Of a DNA stretch of 64,000 bases, positions 1-9,621 are shown piece after piece; within the stretch, counting starts at the first letter, position 1, and the number at the start of each line of letters is the position of its first letter. A program made the translations under genes and the position numbers. Source of the DNA: Blastocatellia bacterium. GTDB lineage: Bacteria; Acidobacteriota; Blastocatellia; UBA7656. The stretch is from contig JBASRN010000012.1 in assembly GCA_049273855.1 (NCBI GenBank), positions 4,666 to 68,665 of the forward strand, in the 5' to 3' direction. The notes beneath the pieces were generated by a model, which was not told the origin of the DNA, searched no databases, and was given only the letters and a program-made list of their open reading frames with translations.

Positions 1-371
1 TCGCGCTTTCAAGCGTGGGTCTGCTTGTAGGCGGAATCGGTGTGATGAACATAATGCTGGTCAGCGTGACGGAACGGACTCACGAAATCGGGGTCCGAAA
101 AGCGATCGGCGCGCGCCGCCGCGACATCACCACTCAGTTCTTGTTTGAAGCGATGACCCTCACTTTTCTCGGCGGGGTGCTTGGGGTCTTGCTGGCGATT
201 GCGGTCAGTCAGATCATCGGGCTGATCTTCCCGTCGCTTCCTGCCTCGGTTCCGCTGTGGGCGGTGATAGCCGGTCTAGTTGTTTCAGCGGCAGTCGGAT
301 TGATCTTCGGAGTATGGCCGGCGAGGAAGGCTTCGAGGCTGGACCCGATCGAAGCGCTTAGATACGAGTAG
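1..371 (+). CDS. ABC transporter permease, C-terminal fragment (FtsX/MacB family); the gene begins upstream of the window
   Basis: The ORF has hydrophobic TM helices and the conserved FtsX C-terminal stretch ending [15 protein letters not shown]. The reading frame is open to position 1. Confidence 0.7.
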   Translation, partial: ALSSVGLLVGGIGVMNIMLVSVTERTHEIGVRKAIGARRRDITTQFLFEAMTLTFLGGVLGVLLAIAVSQIIGLIFPSLPASVPLWAVIAGLVVSAAVGLIFGVWPARKASRLDPIEALRYE

Positions 372-418
372 GCGAAACACTCAAATCCGCGTTAGACCCC
401 CGTGAGTGAGTAGGACCG

Positions 419-3400
419 TCAGGTAGTAAGGCGGCTGTAGATTCCCGGAAGCCGCTCGGGCAGACTTAACACATCATCGATGATCGTATAACCCACCTCG
501 CCGTACATATCTCGAAGCTGGTCTTCTGACTCTCGATCGATCGTTATGCAGAACGGAGTGATCCCCTCCCTGCGCGCCTGTCTCAGCGCCATCCTGGTGT
601 CCTCGCGCGCATATCGACTGTCCCCGTAGTCGTGATCGTAAGGCCGCCCATCCGACAGCACGATCAGCAGCTTGGTGCGAGCATCCTGCCGCCCAAGTCT
701 GGTTGTCGCGTGACGTATTGCCGCCCCGAGCCGAGTATTGTTCTGATAGCTGATTCCGCCGATCCGACGCTCTACCTCTGATGAATAACTTTCAGAAAAA
801 TCCTTGATAACGTAAAACTTCACATTACGCCGGCCCTCGCTGGTGAAGCCTTGCATTGAGTATGAATCTCCGACCGCCTCGAGCGCTTCGCTCATCAAAA
901 CCAGGCCTTCCTTCTCGATGTCAATTATCCGCTGCCCGGGTTGGGTGTAGGGATTGTTCGGATACCGGCTGATGGCTCGCGCAGTGGAGCTGGACATATC
1001 GAGCAGGAATGAAACGGCAACATCCCTGTCACGCCTGAGCTTTCTGGTGTAGAGCCTATCGTCGATTAACCCGGTGCTGCGTTTGTCCAACGCGTAGTCG
1101 ATCACGGCCTGGAGATCGTAGTCCTCGCCATCGATCTCTCCCCGGATCCGGCGAAGGTTCTCGGGCCGCAGCAGTTGAAACTGATAGCGAATCGACGATA
1201 TCACTCCGGCGTAGCGGGTTCGAACCATCTCGACGAAAGCACGGGACCCTCTCGGGCCCCCGCGTTCGATTATCCGGCACCATCGAGTTCGGTAGTCGCC
1301 AAGCTCCCGATCCCATTCATCGTAATAGAAGGCGCGATCACCTTTCTCGAGGTCCAGCTCAGGCGTTTCGGCGCCGCTCAGGCGATTGAAGACATCTTGA
1401 TCGTCACTCATCTCGCTCGTCTGGCCGCTACTCCAAAAGCTAAACGGGTCCTCGCTAACCTGGGTCTGCTGGCTCTGTCCCGACTCGGCAGCGTCCGGGT
1501 TGTATAGCGATGCGTCGTCACCCTGGTCACTCCCTTCGCCTCGATTTGCGGAGTCGTCCGTTGACGCGTCGGACCGGCTTTGGCTCTCAACAAAGAAGTC
1601 GTAAACGCGCCTCGTAGCCATGAGGGAATCGGCAACAGACGCATCGTCGCGAAATATGTAGTTAGCAAGTATCTGCTCCAGTTCACGCACGATGGCCGGA
1701 TAAGCTCGCTCAGTTTGAACAGTCGGGCCGCCGCAGATCGCGAGCTGGAATAAGAGCTCAAAGGGCACCAGCTCCGTCGGGAGGTTCTCAACATCCGGCC
1801 TCCGCTCGTTCAACCTCGCTCTGACAAAGTCGAGATCGCGCCTAATCCCGCGATAGACTGATCGAAGCAGATAATCTATCCTCCCGTTCTCGATCGTGGT
1901 GAAGAGCCGCAACGCCAGCTCGGTATTCGGATACTCGGCGAGCACCGCAAGGAAATCGACTCCAATCGGCGAAGCCGAATCAATGCCAGGCTCGACATTC
2001 GCTACACTTTCACTTTCACTGTCTTTCTTCCGACGCTTAAGCCGATCACTAAAGGCGGTGCGAGTCTCAGCCAAAGCCGCAAGTATCTCCGGTGCGTCCT
2101 TGAAGTAAGTTCTGAATTCAATCTGGCCTGCGGCATGAGCCGCCAGTACTTTGAATAGCCGAAAGTTTTCCTTCTCATCCTCGAACTCCGCAACGACCGA
2201 TGGCAGGTAGATCGTCTTTCCGTCGCCAATCTTTGCCTCATCGGGAATAGAAGCCAGCGAAGCGATATTCAACGAGCGCCCGGTCAAGCCTTCTACGTAG
2301 AGGCGGAGTGTATGCGCAACCGACTCTAGCGTCAGACCGCCTTCAATCTTGAACAGTGCTTCCTGGCTTGCTTTCGACTCGAGTGAGTAGTAGGCCTGGG
2401 TTCGTCGCGAACTACCAACGGTGTGTTGCAAGCCCCGCCGAGCCCAGTCGCGGAACTGTCCGAGCGATGCCGCCCGCAGTGCGAGCGGGCTAGCCTTGAA
2501 GCATTCGACTGCCGCCAGCGTGTTTTGGTCGGCGATCTCTTCAACGACTTCAAGCACCGCGGCAATAACCTGCGCGCGGCGATGTGCGCCGGCGCGGGCC
2601 GCAAGCTCAGCCACAATCTGCGGACTCTGTTTCATGAAGTGGTAGCTTGCGGCGTTGCCCTGAAGAGCTACGCGCCTGGCGAGCGCGGTCCATCGCTCGA
2701 ACGCGTCGCTTCCAGCGACCATCAGTACACGGCTTGCGGCTTTGAAGTATTGAAGTGCGACTCCTCCCGAGCGATCGAGATAAGTTTCCGTGGCCGCGAA
2801 CAGGCGCTCGACTGCGGCTGGCTCGGCTGTCGCGACGACAGGCGTAAGCTCGCTAAAAAACTCGGCGGCGGTGCCTCCGGACCTGAAGGCGAATGCTGAA
2901 GTAAGAGTTAAGGCTCGTTTCACCAGTTCAGGTTGGCCGGTAGCTTCGAGCCGCAAAAGTACCTGGGGGGCGGCAAACAGGAGGTCGTTACTGTGTTTGA
3001 CCGAGTGCCGTGCAAGCTCGAGGCAAATCGTAAGAACCTGTGCGGCGCTGTCGTGATCGGGGATGGCGTTGATGATAGCCGGCGACGAGTTAAAGCACTC
3101 CGTTGCCGTACCGGCGGAAAGGGCAGCCTGTTTGTTGACAAGCCGGAGGACGGGCGAGCGCATATCATCGGTAAGCGCGCTGAGAGTTGCGCAGCTGGAA
3201 AGAAAGAAGCTCATTGCGGTCTCAGCGCTCGTGGCTGACAAGCGCTTGCCCACCTCTCCCCAGACCCGCATATCACCGGCATCGATAAGCCGTGAGACTT
3301 CGGGGGCGGCCTTTAGCATCTCGACGGCGGCTCGCAGATTGGTGGACGCGAGCGAAACGCTTATGTCGGTGGTAAGCAGGAGGCGATCATACGGCAGCGA

Positions 3401-3496
3401 GCCGAGTCGTTTAACCAGACTTTCAAGGGTCGAGCTCGTGACACCTCTCAGATGGCGTTTAAGATGCTTCTTTACCTCCTGTTCTCTTTCGTCCAT
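419..3496 (-). CDS. Large VWA-domain protein (1025 aa), NorD/CbbO-like
   Basis: The C-terminal domain carries a MIDAS-like motif ([15 protein letters not shown] ... [11 protein letters not shown]). The N-terminal two-thirds consists of repeated ~40-aa helical units ([12 protein letters not shown].., [12 protein letters not shown].., [10 protein letters not shown]..). An acidic S/D/Q-rich low-complexity linker lies between them. Confidence 0.7.
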   Translation of the reverse strand: MDEREQEVKKHLKRHLRGVTSSTLESLVKRLGSLPYDRLLLTTDISVSLASTNLRAAVEMLKAAPEVSRLIDAGDMRVWGEVGKRLSATSAETAMSFFLSSCATLSALTDDMRSPVLRLVNKQAALSAGTATECFNSSPAIINAIPDHDSAAQVLTICLELARHSVKHSNDLLFAAPQVLLRLEATGQPELVKRALTLTSAFAFRSGGTAAEFFSELTPVVATAEPAAVERLFAATETYLDRSGGVALQYFKAASRVLMVAGSDAFERWTALARRVALQGNAASYHFMKQSPQIVAELAARAGAHRRAQVIAAVLEVVEEIADQNTLAAVECFKASPLALRAASLGQFRDWARRGLQHTVGSSRRTQAYYSLESKASQEALFKIEGGLTLESVAHTLRLYVEGLTGRSLNIASLASIPDEAKIGDGKTIYLPSVVAEFEDEKENFRLFKVLAAHAAGQIEFRTYFKDAPEILAALAETRTAFSDRLKRRKKDSESESVANVEPGIDSASPIGVDFLAVLAEYPNTELALRLFTTIENGRIDYLLRSVYRGIRRDLDFVRARLNERRPDVENLPTELVPFELLFQLAICGGPTVQTERAYPAIVRELEQILANYIFRDDASVADSLMATRRVYDFFVESQSRSDASTDDSANRGEGSDQGDDASLYNPDAAESGQSQQTQVSEDPFSFWSSGQTSEMSDDQDVFNRLSGAETPELDLEKGDRAFYYDEWDRELGDYRTRWCRIIERGGPRGSRAFVEMVRTRYAGVISSIRYQFQLLRPENLRRIRGEIDGEDYDLQAVIDYALDKRSTGLIDDRLYTRKLRRDRDVAVSFLLDMSSSTARAISRYPNNPYTQPGQRIIDIEKEGLVLMSEALEAVGDSYSMQGFTSEGRRNVKFYVIKDFSESYSSEVERRIGGISYQNNTRLGAAIRHATTRLGRQDARTKLLIVLSDGRPYDHDYGDSRYAREDTRMALRQARREGITPFCITIDRESEDQLRDMYGEVGYTIIDDVLSLPERLPGIYSRLTT

Positions 3497-3810
3497 GGGT
3501 GAGCCTCATGATAGCAAAAGTGACGCAGCATTTGGAACGGGCGGACTTGGCCGAGCCGTTTAAGCTGGGTCCCGTTTTGCTTTTCCACTAGCCCAGGCGT
3601 CCACGCCTGGGCTGTGTGATGTGTGATGGATGGGATAGCCGCGTTCACGGGCTTCGCACGCGCGCTAATGGGAAAAAAAGTCGGCAGGTTTGGCGCGCGG
3701 GGCCGCCATTTGGCCCTGCGGTTGGAAACCCGACGCGCTACAAAGCGGAGGGGCGTCCGAGCGCGCTTGATTTTTGCGCTTGCAATGGGCCGCTCCCTTG
3801 GCGTAAAAGA

Positions 3811-3828
3811 TGAATGAACGATCATTCA
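3811..3828. promoter_or_regulatory. Palindromic operator-like site TGAATGAACGATCATTCA, 19 nt upstream of the TetR start; resembles the Bacillus FadR (YsiA) box
   Basis: A near-perfect inverted repeat AATGAA-N6-TTCATT read directly from the sequence. It overlaps the presumed promoter of the TetR gene at the head of the fad genes. Confidence 0.5.
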
Positions 3829-3846
3829 TTTTAGGTAAGGAGCAGG

Positions 3847-4461
3847 ATGGCTTTCGTTCGCCGGGCCGCACCGCCAAGGGAGAAGCTCAACGGCAAGTAC
3901 GAGGCAATTCTTCGTGCTGCCATAAAAGTGTTCGCCCGCAGCGGGTTCTTTAATTCCAAGGTCGCCGATGTCGCTCGCGAGGCCGGAGTCGCCGACGGCA
4001 CGGTCTATCTCTACTTTAAGAATAAAGACGACATCCTGGTTTCGATCTTCAACGATCACATGAACGAAGCGCTCGCCCAGGGGCGCAAGAGCCTTGCCGA
4101 ACTCGACGATCCGGTCGAGAAGATAAAGAAGATCGTGCTCGCGCATCTTGATGGGTTGGGGCGCGACCGCGACCTTGCGATCGTGTTTCAAGTCGAGCTC
4201 CGCTCCTCAACTAAATTCATGGAGCAGTTTTCAGCAACCAAGGTGACCGACTACCTTGAGCTGATTCGCGGCGTTATCGAAGACGGGCAAAACCGCGGTG
4301 TGTTTCGCCGGAAGTTGAACTCACAGCTTGTTGCAAAAGTCCTGTTTGGCGCGCTCGATGAGATGGCCACCAACTGGGTGCTGAGCCGCAAGCGCTATAG
4401 CCTGGCTTCCACTGCGGACACGGTTGTTGATGTTTTCCTGAACGGAATTGGTAAGACTTAG
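3847..4461 (+). CDS. fadR: TetR/AcrR family transcriptional regulator, FadR(YsiA)-like
   Basis: N-terminal TetR HTH (KVADVAREAGVADGTVYLYFKNKDDIL). Length 204 aa. Sits directly upstream of the fatty-acid degradation genes. SD aaggag lies 6 nt upstream. Confidence 0.8.
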   Translation: MAFVRRAAPPREKLNGKYEAILRAAIKVFARSGFFNSKVADVAREAGVADGTVYLYFKNKDDILVSIFNDHMNEALAQGRKSLAELDDPVEKIKKIVLAHLDGLGRDRDLAIVFQVELRSSTKFMEQFSATKVTDYLELIRGVIEDGQNRGVFRRKLNSQLVAKVLFGALDEMATNWVLSRKRYSLASTADTVVDVFLNGIGKT

Positions 4462-4624
4462 CAGGCCGCTGAAAAGGGGGAGTGCGCCACCAGGACCCAC
4501 GGCCACAAGGCTGCACCAAGTCAGTGAACGCACCGTGTTATGAATTTTGTGTTTCTTGGTGCCCTCGTGGCCTGGTGGCGATGGATTGGGTATTCAGCAG
4601 CCTGCTGAGCGAAGCACATCGAAG

Positions 4625-6448
4625 ATGAGCATCGAGCCTCAGACGCTTAATGAACTTTTTAACGGTGCGGCCGATCGCTACCGCGACTCGGAGTTCCTGC
4701 GTTTCAAGCGGGACTCCCAGTGGCAGTCACTCGCTTTTGGCGAAGTCGCGCGGCGAGTTCGGGAACTCGCATTGGGGCTTTACTCCGCCGGGGTGCGCAG
4801 CGGCGAGCGGGTTGCCATCTGGTCTGAGGACCGGCCGGAGTGGAACATCGCAGATCTCGGCTCTCTGGCGGTCGGCGCAGTAGACGTTCCGATCTACGCG
4901 ACGCAATCGCCCGCTCAAGTTGAATACATCCTGGCCGACTCGCGGGCGCGCGGCGTGTTTGTCTCTTCGACGTTTCTTGATACGGCACTCGCGATCAAGG
5001 CTCGTGTTCCTTCTCTTGAGTTTGTCTTTGCGTTCGATGCCGTTCCATCCGAAGTTCAGGATGTTGCAATCATAGCCAGCGGGGAACTCGCGAGCAGAGG
5101 CCGCGCGCTCTCTGGCGAACAACCTGGTATTTATGAAAGCCTCTGGCGAGCCGCGAGACCGGAGGATTTAGCGACGCTGCTGTACACGTCGGGAACGACC
5201 GGTGATCCAAAAGGCGTGATGCTGACGCACCGGAACCTGACGGCTAACGCGTTGAATACTGTTCGATGGCTGGGTCTTGAAGGCCGGCGCGATTTGGCGC
5301 TGACCTACCTGCCGTTGTCCCACATTTTCGAGCGCGGAGCTTTCTATGTCTACACACACTGCGGCGCGGTGGTCGCCTACGCGGAAAGCATCGAGACCGT
5401 AGCAAAGAACTTACTCGAAGTCCGGCCCACGGTGATGACCAGCGTGCCGCGGATGTTCGAGAAGATTTACGGGAAGATAATGGAGCGCGGCCTCAACGCC
5501 GGCTTCCTAAAGAAACAGATTTTCCTCTGGTCGCTCGACGTTGGCAGGGAATGGGCGGCGAGGACAAACCGAGGAGAGCAAGTCGGAGCATGGCTTAACC
5601 TGAAGCATAGGCTCGCGGACGCGCTTATCTTTAAGAAGTGGCGCGCGGCGATGGGGGGCAACATTCGGGTCTTTATTTCTGGAGGCGCGGCGCTCGCGCC
5701 GGAAATCGGTTATTTGTTTTCCGCCGCGGGACTTCAGATCTTGCAAGGCTATGGGCTGACGGAAACTTCGCCGTCGGTTTCGTGCAACACCGAACTCCGA
5801 AATCGAATCGGCTCGGTCGGACCGGTGATGGACGGAGTGAGCGTGCGAATTGCCGAGGACGGCGAGATTCTTGTCAAAGGCGACACGGTGATGAAGGGCT
5901 ACTACAATCGGCCGGCCGAGAATGAGGAAGCATTCACAAGTGACGGATGGTTTCGAACCGGGGACATCGGAGAGATCGACACGGATGGCTTTCTGACGAT
6001 CACCGACCGAAAGAAGGACTTGATCAAGACAAGCGGTGGAAAGTACATCGCGCCGCAGCAAGTTGAGAATCTGATCAAGTCGAGCCGGTTCGTGGCGCAG
6101 GTCTTTGTCGTGGGCAACTCGCGCAAGTTTGCTTCGGCGCTGGTGGTGCCGAACCTACAGATGCTGCGCGACTACGCCAAGCTCAAAGGCATCGCTTACG
6201 CCGGGGACGGCGATCTGATCGCGGACCCTCGCATCGTTGATTTGATCCAGCGTCAAGTAGACAAGTACACGACCGGGCTGGCGCGTTACGAGAAGGTCAA
6301 GAAGGTTGCGCTGCTCGAGCAGGAGCTGAGCGCGGAATCGGGCGATCTTACGCTGACGCTCAAACCGCGGCGAAGCCTTATTGAGAAGAAATACGCAGCC
6401 GTCATTGACCGCCTCTACCAAGAAGAGCGGGGCCTTGTGGTGGTCTGA
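4625..6448 (+). CDS. Long-chain fatty acid--CoA ligase (AMP-forming)
   Basis: AMP-binding motif LYTSGTTGDPKGVMLTHRN. Motifs YGLTETS and GWFRTGDIG are present. C-terminal architecture is typical of FACS. The start was chosen at ATG 4625 (MSIEPQTL..), not the upstream 4547. Confidence 0.85.
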   Translation: MSIEPQTLNELFNGAADRYRDSEFLRFKRDSQWQSLAFGEVARRVRELALGLYSAGVRSGERVAIWSEDRPEWNIADLGSLAVGAVDVPIYATQSPAQVEYILADSRARGVFVSSTFLDTALAIKARVPSLEFVFAFDAVPSEVQDVAIIASGELASRGRALSGEQPGIYESLWRAARPEDLATLLYTSGTTGDPKGVMLTHRNLTANALNTVRWLGLEGRRDLALTYLPLSHIFERGAFYVYTHCGAVVAYAESIETVAKNLLEVRPTVMTSVPRMFEKIYGKIMERGLNAGFLKKQIFLWSLDVGREWAARTNRGEQVGAWLNLKHRLADALIFKKWRAAMGGNIRVFISGGAALAPEIGYLFSAAGLQILQGYGLTETSPSVSCNTELRNRIGSVGPVMDGVSVRIAEDGEILVKGDTVMKGYYNRPAENEEAFTSDGWFRTGDIGEIDTDGFLTITDRKKDLIKTSGGKYIAPQQVENLIKSSRFVAQVFVVGNSRKFASALVVPNLQMLRDYAKLKGIAYAGDGDLIADPRIVDLIQRQVDKYTTGLARYEKVKKVALLEQELSAESGDLTLTLKPRRSLIEKKYAAVIDRLYQEERGLVVV

Positions 6449-6545
6449 AATGTACGGGCGCCCCTCCTCGCAACGCCCAACGTTGGGCGGAAGAGAGGCG
6501 GCCACGGAGGGCCGCCCGTACAGGATGCGCAATGAGACAAGGGAG

Positions 6546-8957
6546 ATGCGAGTGACTTACAAGATCAACAAAGTTGCAGTGTTGGGTTCCGGAACGATGG
6601 GCGCGCAGATCGCGGCTCACCTGGCAAACGCCGGGGTGGAGGTGCTGCTGCTGGACATCGCGCCTACAGAGTTGAACAACCAGGAACACGCGCGGGGGCT
6701 GACGCTTCAGAGTCCGCAGGTTCGAAACCGAATCGTGAACGCGGGACTTGAAGCCGCGAAGAAGATAAAGCCCGCCGCGTTCTTTGCGCCGTCGGCCGCA
6801 AGCTTGATCAAGACCGGCAACTTCGACGACGATCTGGCGAAGATCGCCGGGGCCGACTGGATCATCGAAGCCGTCGTCGAGAATCTCGAGATCAAGCGCA
6901 GCCTGTTGTCGCGAGTCGATGCTCTTCGCAGAGCAGGGTCTTTTGTCAGCTCGAACACCTCGGGCATTTCGATCAACGCAATGGCTGAAGGACGATCGAA
7001 CGACTTTCGACGCCATTTTCTTGGCACGCACTTCTTCAACCCGCCCCGGTACCTGAAGTTGCTGGAAGCGATTCAGACGGCCGACACCGATCGCGAAGTA
7101 GTCAGGTCCGTCGCCGACTTCTGCGACCGGAGGCTCGGGAAGGGAATCGTCTACGCCAAGGACACGCCCAACTTCATAGCGAATCGGATCGCGACATTCA
7201 GCGCGCTGAACGCGATGAAGGTCATGATGGAAGGCGGTTACACGATTGAAGAAGTCGATGCGATGACCGGACCCGTGGTAGGCCGGCCCAAGTCTGCGAC
7301 GTTTCGCACCTCGGATATTGTCGGGCTGGATGTCTCGCTTTATGTGGCTGACAACCTTTACGAAGCTGTTCCAAATGACGAGCAGCGCGACCTGCTAAAG
7401 CCGCCCGATCTGCTGCGAGAGATGGTCAAGCGTGGATGGACCGGCAACAAAGCGGGCCAGGGCTTCTACAAGAGAACCCGTGGTGAAGGCGGCAAAACCG
7501 AATACCTGGTGCTGGACTACAACACGATGGAGTACAGGACGGCGCAGAAGGCTCGATTCCCATCGTTGGACTCAGCAAAGACGATCGACGACACAGCCGA
7601 GCGAATTCGAACGCTTGTTTACGGAAAGGATCGCGTTGGTGAATTCCTCTGGAAGACGATCAGCTCGAACCTGATCTACACCGCGAATCGAATCCCTGAA
7701 ATTGCTGACGATATAGTCAACATCGATAACGCAGTGCGCTGGGGATTTAACCATCAGTTCGGCACCTTCGAGCTGTGGGATGTGATCGGCGTCGAGAAGT
7801 CGGTTGGGAAGATGCGCGAAGGCGGACGCGAGATTCCGGCGCTCGTCACGAAGCTGCTCGAGTCGGGGAAGAAGAGCTTCTACGAGCGGCGCGAGGGCCG
7901 GACGCTTTACTTTGACGTTGCGTCGGGCGACTACAAGGAAGTCGAGCCGCGCCCGGGCGTGCTTGTGCTGAAGTCGTTGAAGGAGCGCCAATCCGTCATC
8001 AAGAAGAATTCGGCGGCCTCGTTGATCGACATCGCCGACGGCGTGGCTTGTCTCGAGTTTCATTCGAAGATGAACGCGATCGGCGGCGACACCGTCTCGA
8101 TGATGAACTACGCGGTCAAAGAGGTTGGCGAGAACTTCGAAGCGCTGGTGATCGGGAACGAAGCGGAGAACTTCTCGGTCGGCGCAAACATCATGATGCT
8201 GCTGTTGGGGATTCAAGAAGGCGAGTGGGACGAGATCGGGATGTCGATTCGCCAGTTTCAAAACGCGAACATGAACCTGCGCTACTCAGCGAAGCCGGTC
8301 GTGGTAGCGACGCACGGGATGGCGCTTGGCGGCGGGTGTGAGATTACGATGCACGGTGACAAGGCTCGCGCTTCGGCCGAGAGTTATCTGGGCCTGGTGG
8401 AAGTCGGAGTCGGCTTGATCCCGGCGGGCGGCGGCGTCAAAGAGATGGTCTTGCGGGCGGTCGAAAACGCGCTGCCCGACGAAGACCTGTTCCCGCGCAT
8501 CAGGAAAGTCTCCGAGACGATAGCGATGGCACGCGTCGCGACCTCGGCCGTCGAAGCTCGCGAGATTGGCTTTCTGCGCGAGACGGATCCGATCACGATG
8601 AACCGCGACCGTTTGATCGAAGACGCTAAGCAGACTGCGCTTGCGATGGTGCACGAAGGCTACGCAGCGCCGCATCCAAAGACTGACATTCCGGTGCTCG
8701 GCGAACCGGCGCTTGCGGCGATCAAGCTTGCGGTTCATATGATGACCCGCGGCGGGTTTATAAGCGAGTACGATGCTCACGTAGCCAGGAAGCTGGCGCA
8801 CATCATCACGGGCGGCGACCTGTCGCACAAGACGCTGGTGTCGGAGCAGTACTTGTTGGACCTGGAGCGCGAGGCTTTTGTGTCGCTGTGCGGAGAGAAG
8901 AAGACTCAGGAGCGGATTCAGCATATGCTGAAGACTGGCAAGCCGCTGCGGAATTAG
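6546..8957 (+). CDS. fadN: 3-hydroxyacyl-CoA dehydrogenase family protein (FadN-like, ~800 aa)
   Basis: N-terminal NAD-binding motif VAVLGSGTMGAQIAAHLANAGV. 3HCDH domains followed by a crotonase-like C-terminal region. GGGAG SD before ATG 6546. Confidence 0.85.
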   Translation: MRVTYKINKVAVLGSGTMGAQIAAHLANAGVEVLLLDIAPTELNNQEHARGLTLQSPQVRNRIVNAGLEAAKKIKPAAFFAPSAASLIKTGNFDDDLAKIAGADWIIEAVVENLEIKRSLLSRVDALRRAGSFVSSNTSGISINAMAEGRSNDFRRHFLGTHFFNPPRYLKLLEAIQTADTDREVVRSVADFCDRRLGKGIVYAKDTPNFIANRIATFSALNAMKVMMEGGYTIEEVDAMTGPVVGRPKSATFRTSDIVGLDVSLYVADNLYEAVPNDEQRDLLKPPDLLREMVKRGWTGNKAGQGFYKRTRGEGGKTEYLVLDYNTMEYRTAQKARFPSLDSAKTIDDTAERIRTLVYGKDRVGEFLWKTISSNLIYTANRIPEIADDIVNIDNAVRWGFNHQFGTFELWDVIGVEKSVGKMREGGREIPALVTKLLESGKKSFYERREGRTLYFDVASGDYKEVEPRPGVLVLKSLKERQSVIKKNSAASLIDIADGVACLEFHSKMNAIGGDTVSMMNYAVKEVGENFEALVIGNEAENFSVGANIMMLLLGIQEGEWDEIGMSIRQFQNANMNLRYSAKPVVVATHGMALGGGCEITMHGDKARASAESYLGLVEVGVGLIPAGGGVKEMVLRAVENALPDEDLFPRIRKVSETIAMARVATSAVEAREIGFLRETDPITMNRDRLIEDAKQTALAMVHEGYAAPHPKTDIPVLGEPALAAIKLAVHMMTRGGFISEYDAHVARKLAHIITGGDLSHKTLVSEQYLLDLEREAFVSLCGEKKTQERIQHMLKTGKPLRN

Positions 8958-9019
8958 TTCGCCGGACCTAGCGGACTGGCACAACGTGGGAAGTTCGCGT
9001 ATGACGAGGAATCCCGATC

Positions 9020-9289
9020 ATGCCAATTCTGTCTATGTTCTACGGTATCGTGGTGCGAATGTATTTCTTTGACGACCAGCAGCACCACCTTCCGCATGTG
9101 CATGCCGAGTACTCTGGTGATGAAGCAGTCTTTGCGATTACGACTGGAGAGGTGTTGGCGGGTGGGTTGCCTTCTGGCAAGGCGCGGTTAATGCAAGCTT
9201 GGATAGAGATCCACAAGGACGAATTGCTGGCCGATTGGCAGTTGGCTGTTAACGGCGAAGAAGTGTTTAAGATCGAACCGTTGAAGTAG
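9020..9289 (+). CDS. DUF4160 family protein (89 aa)
   Basis: MPILSMFYGIVVRMYFFDDQQHHLPHVHAEY.. matches the characteristic DUF4160 N-terminus. Tightly coupled (8-nt gap) to a DUF2442 gene. Lower GC than neighbours. Confidence 0.7.
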   Translation: MPILSMFYGIVVRMYFFDDQQHHLPHVHAEYSGDEAVFAITTGEVLAGGLPSGKARLMQAWIEIHKDELLADWQLAVNGEEVFKIEPLK

Positions 9290-9297
9290 GAGGGCCG

Positions 9298-9597
9298 ATG
9301 AATCCGCACGTAGAATCAGTCCGTGCGCTGGACGACTATCAGTTGGAGGTTGCGTTCGAGAACGGTGAACGCCGCATATTCGATGTGAAACCATTTCTGT
9401 CGCGTGGGATTTTCGTGCGCCTGCGAGACCGCTCGCTCTTTCAAGCAGCGCGGGAGGTCGCAGGTTCCGTCGAGTGGCCAGGTGGTCTCGATCTGAGCTA
9501 TGACACGCTTTATCTCGGCGGAAGGCCTATCGGAACGTCACCCCTAGGCGCCGAAGAAGGGCTCGCCTCTGACACCCAAAAAGACGTGCGCGGATGA
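9298..9597 (+). CDS. DUF2442 family protein (99 aa)
   Basis: Conserved pattern ...LEVAFENGERRIFDVKPFL....VEWPGGLDLSYDTLY is typical of DUF2442. Canonical partner of DUF4160. Confidence 0.7.
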   Translation: MNPHVESVRALDDYQLEVAFENGERRIFDVKPFLSRGIFVRLRDRSLFQAAREVAGSVEWPGGLDLSYDTLYLGGRPIGTSPLGAEEGLASDTQKDVRG

Positions 9598-9621
9598 GGG
9601 GTTGGCAGCTCGTGAACTGAG

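Noticed and set aside
4547-4624. 78-nt N-terminal extension of the acyl-CoA ligase ORF
   Set aside because: The extension (MCFLVPSWPGGDGLG..) is not ligase-like. The conserved N-terminus begins at ATG 4625.
6381-6545. Upstream extension of the fadN ORF overlapping the ligase stop
   Set aside because: The Rossmann motif VAVLGSGTMG follows Met at 6546, which has a GGGAG SD. The upstream residues are Arg/Pro-rich junk.
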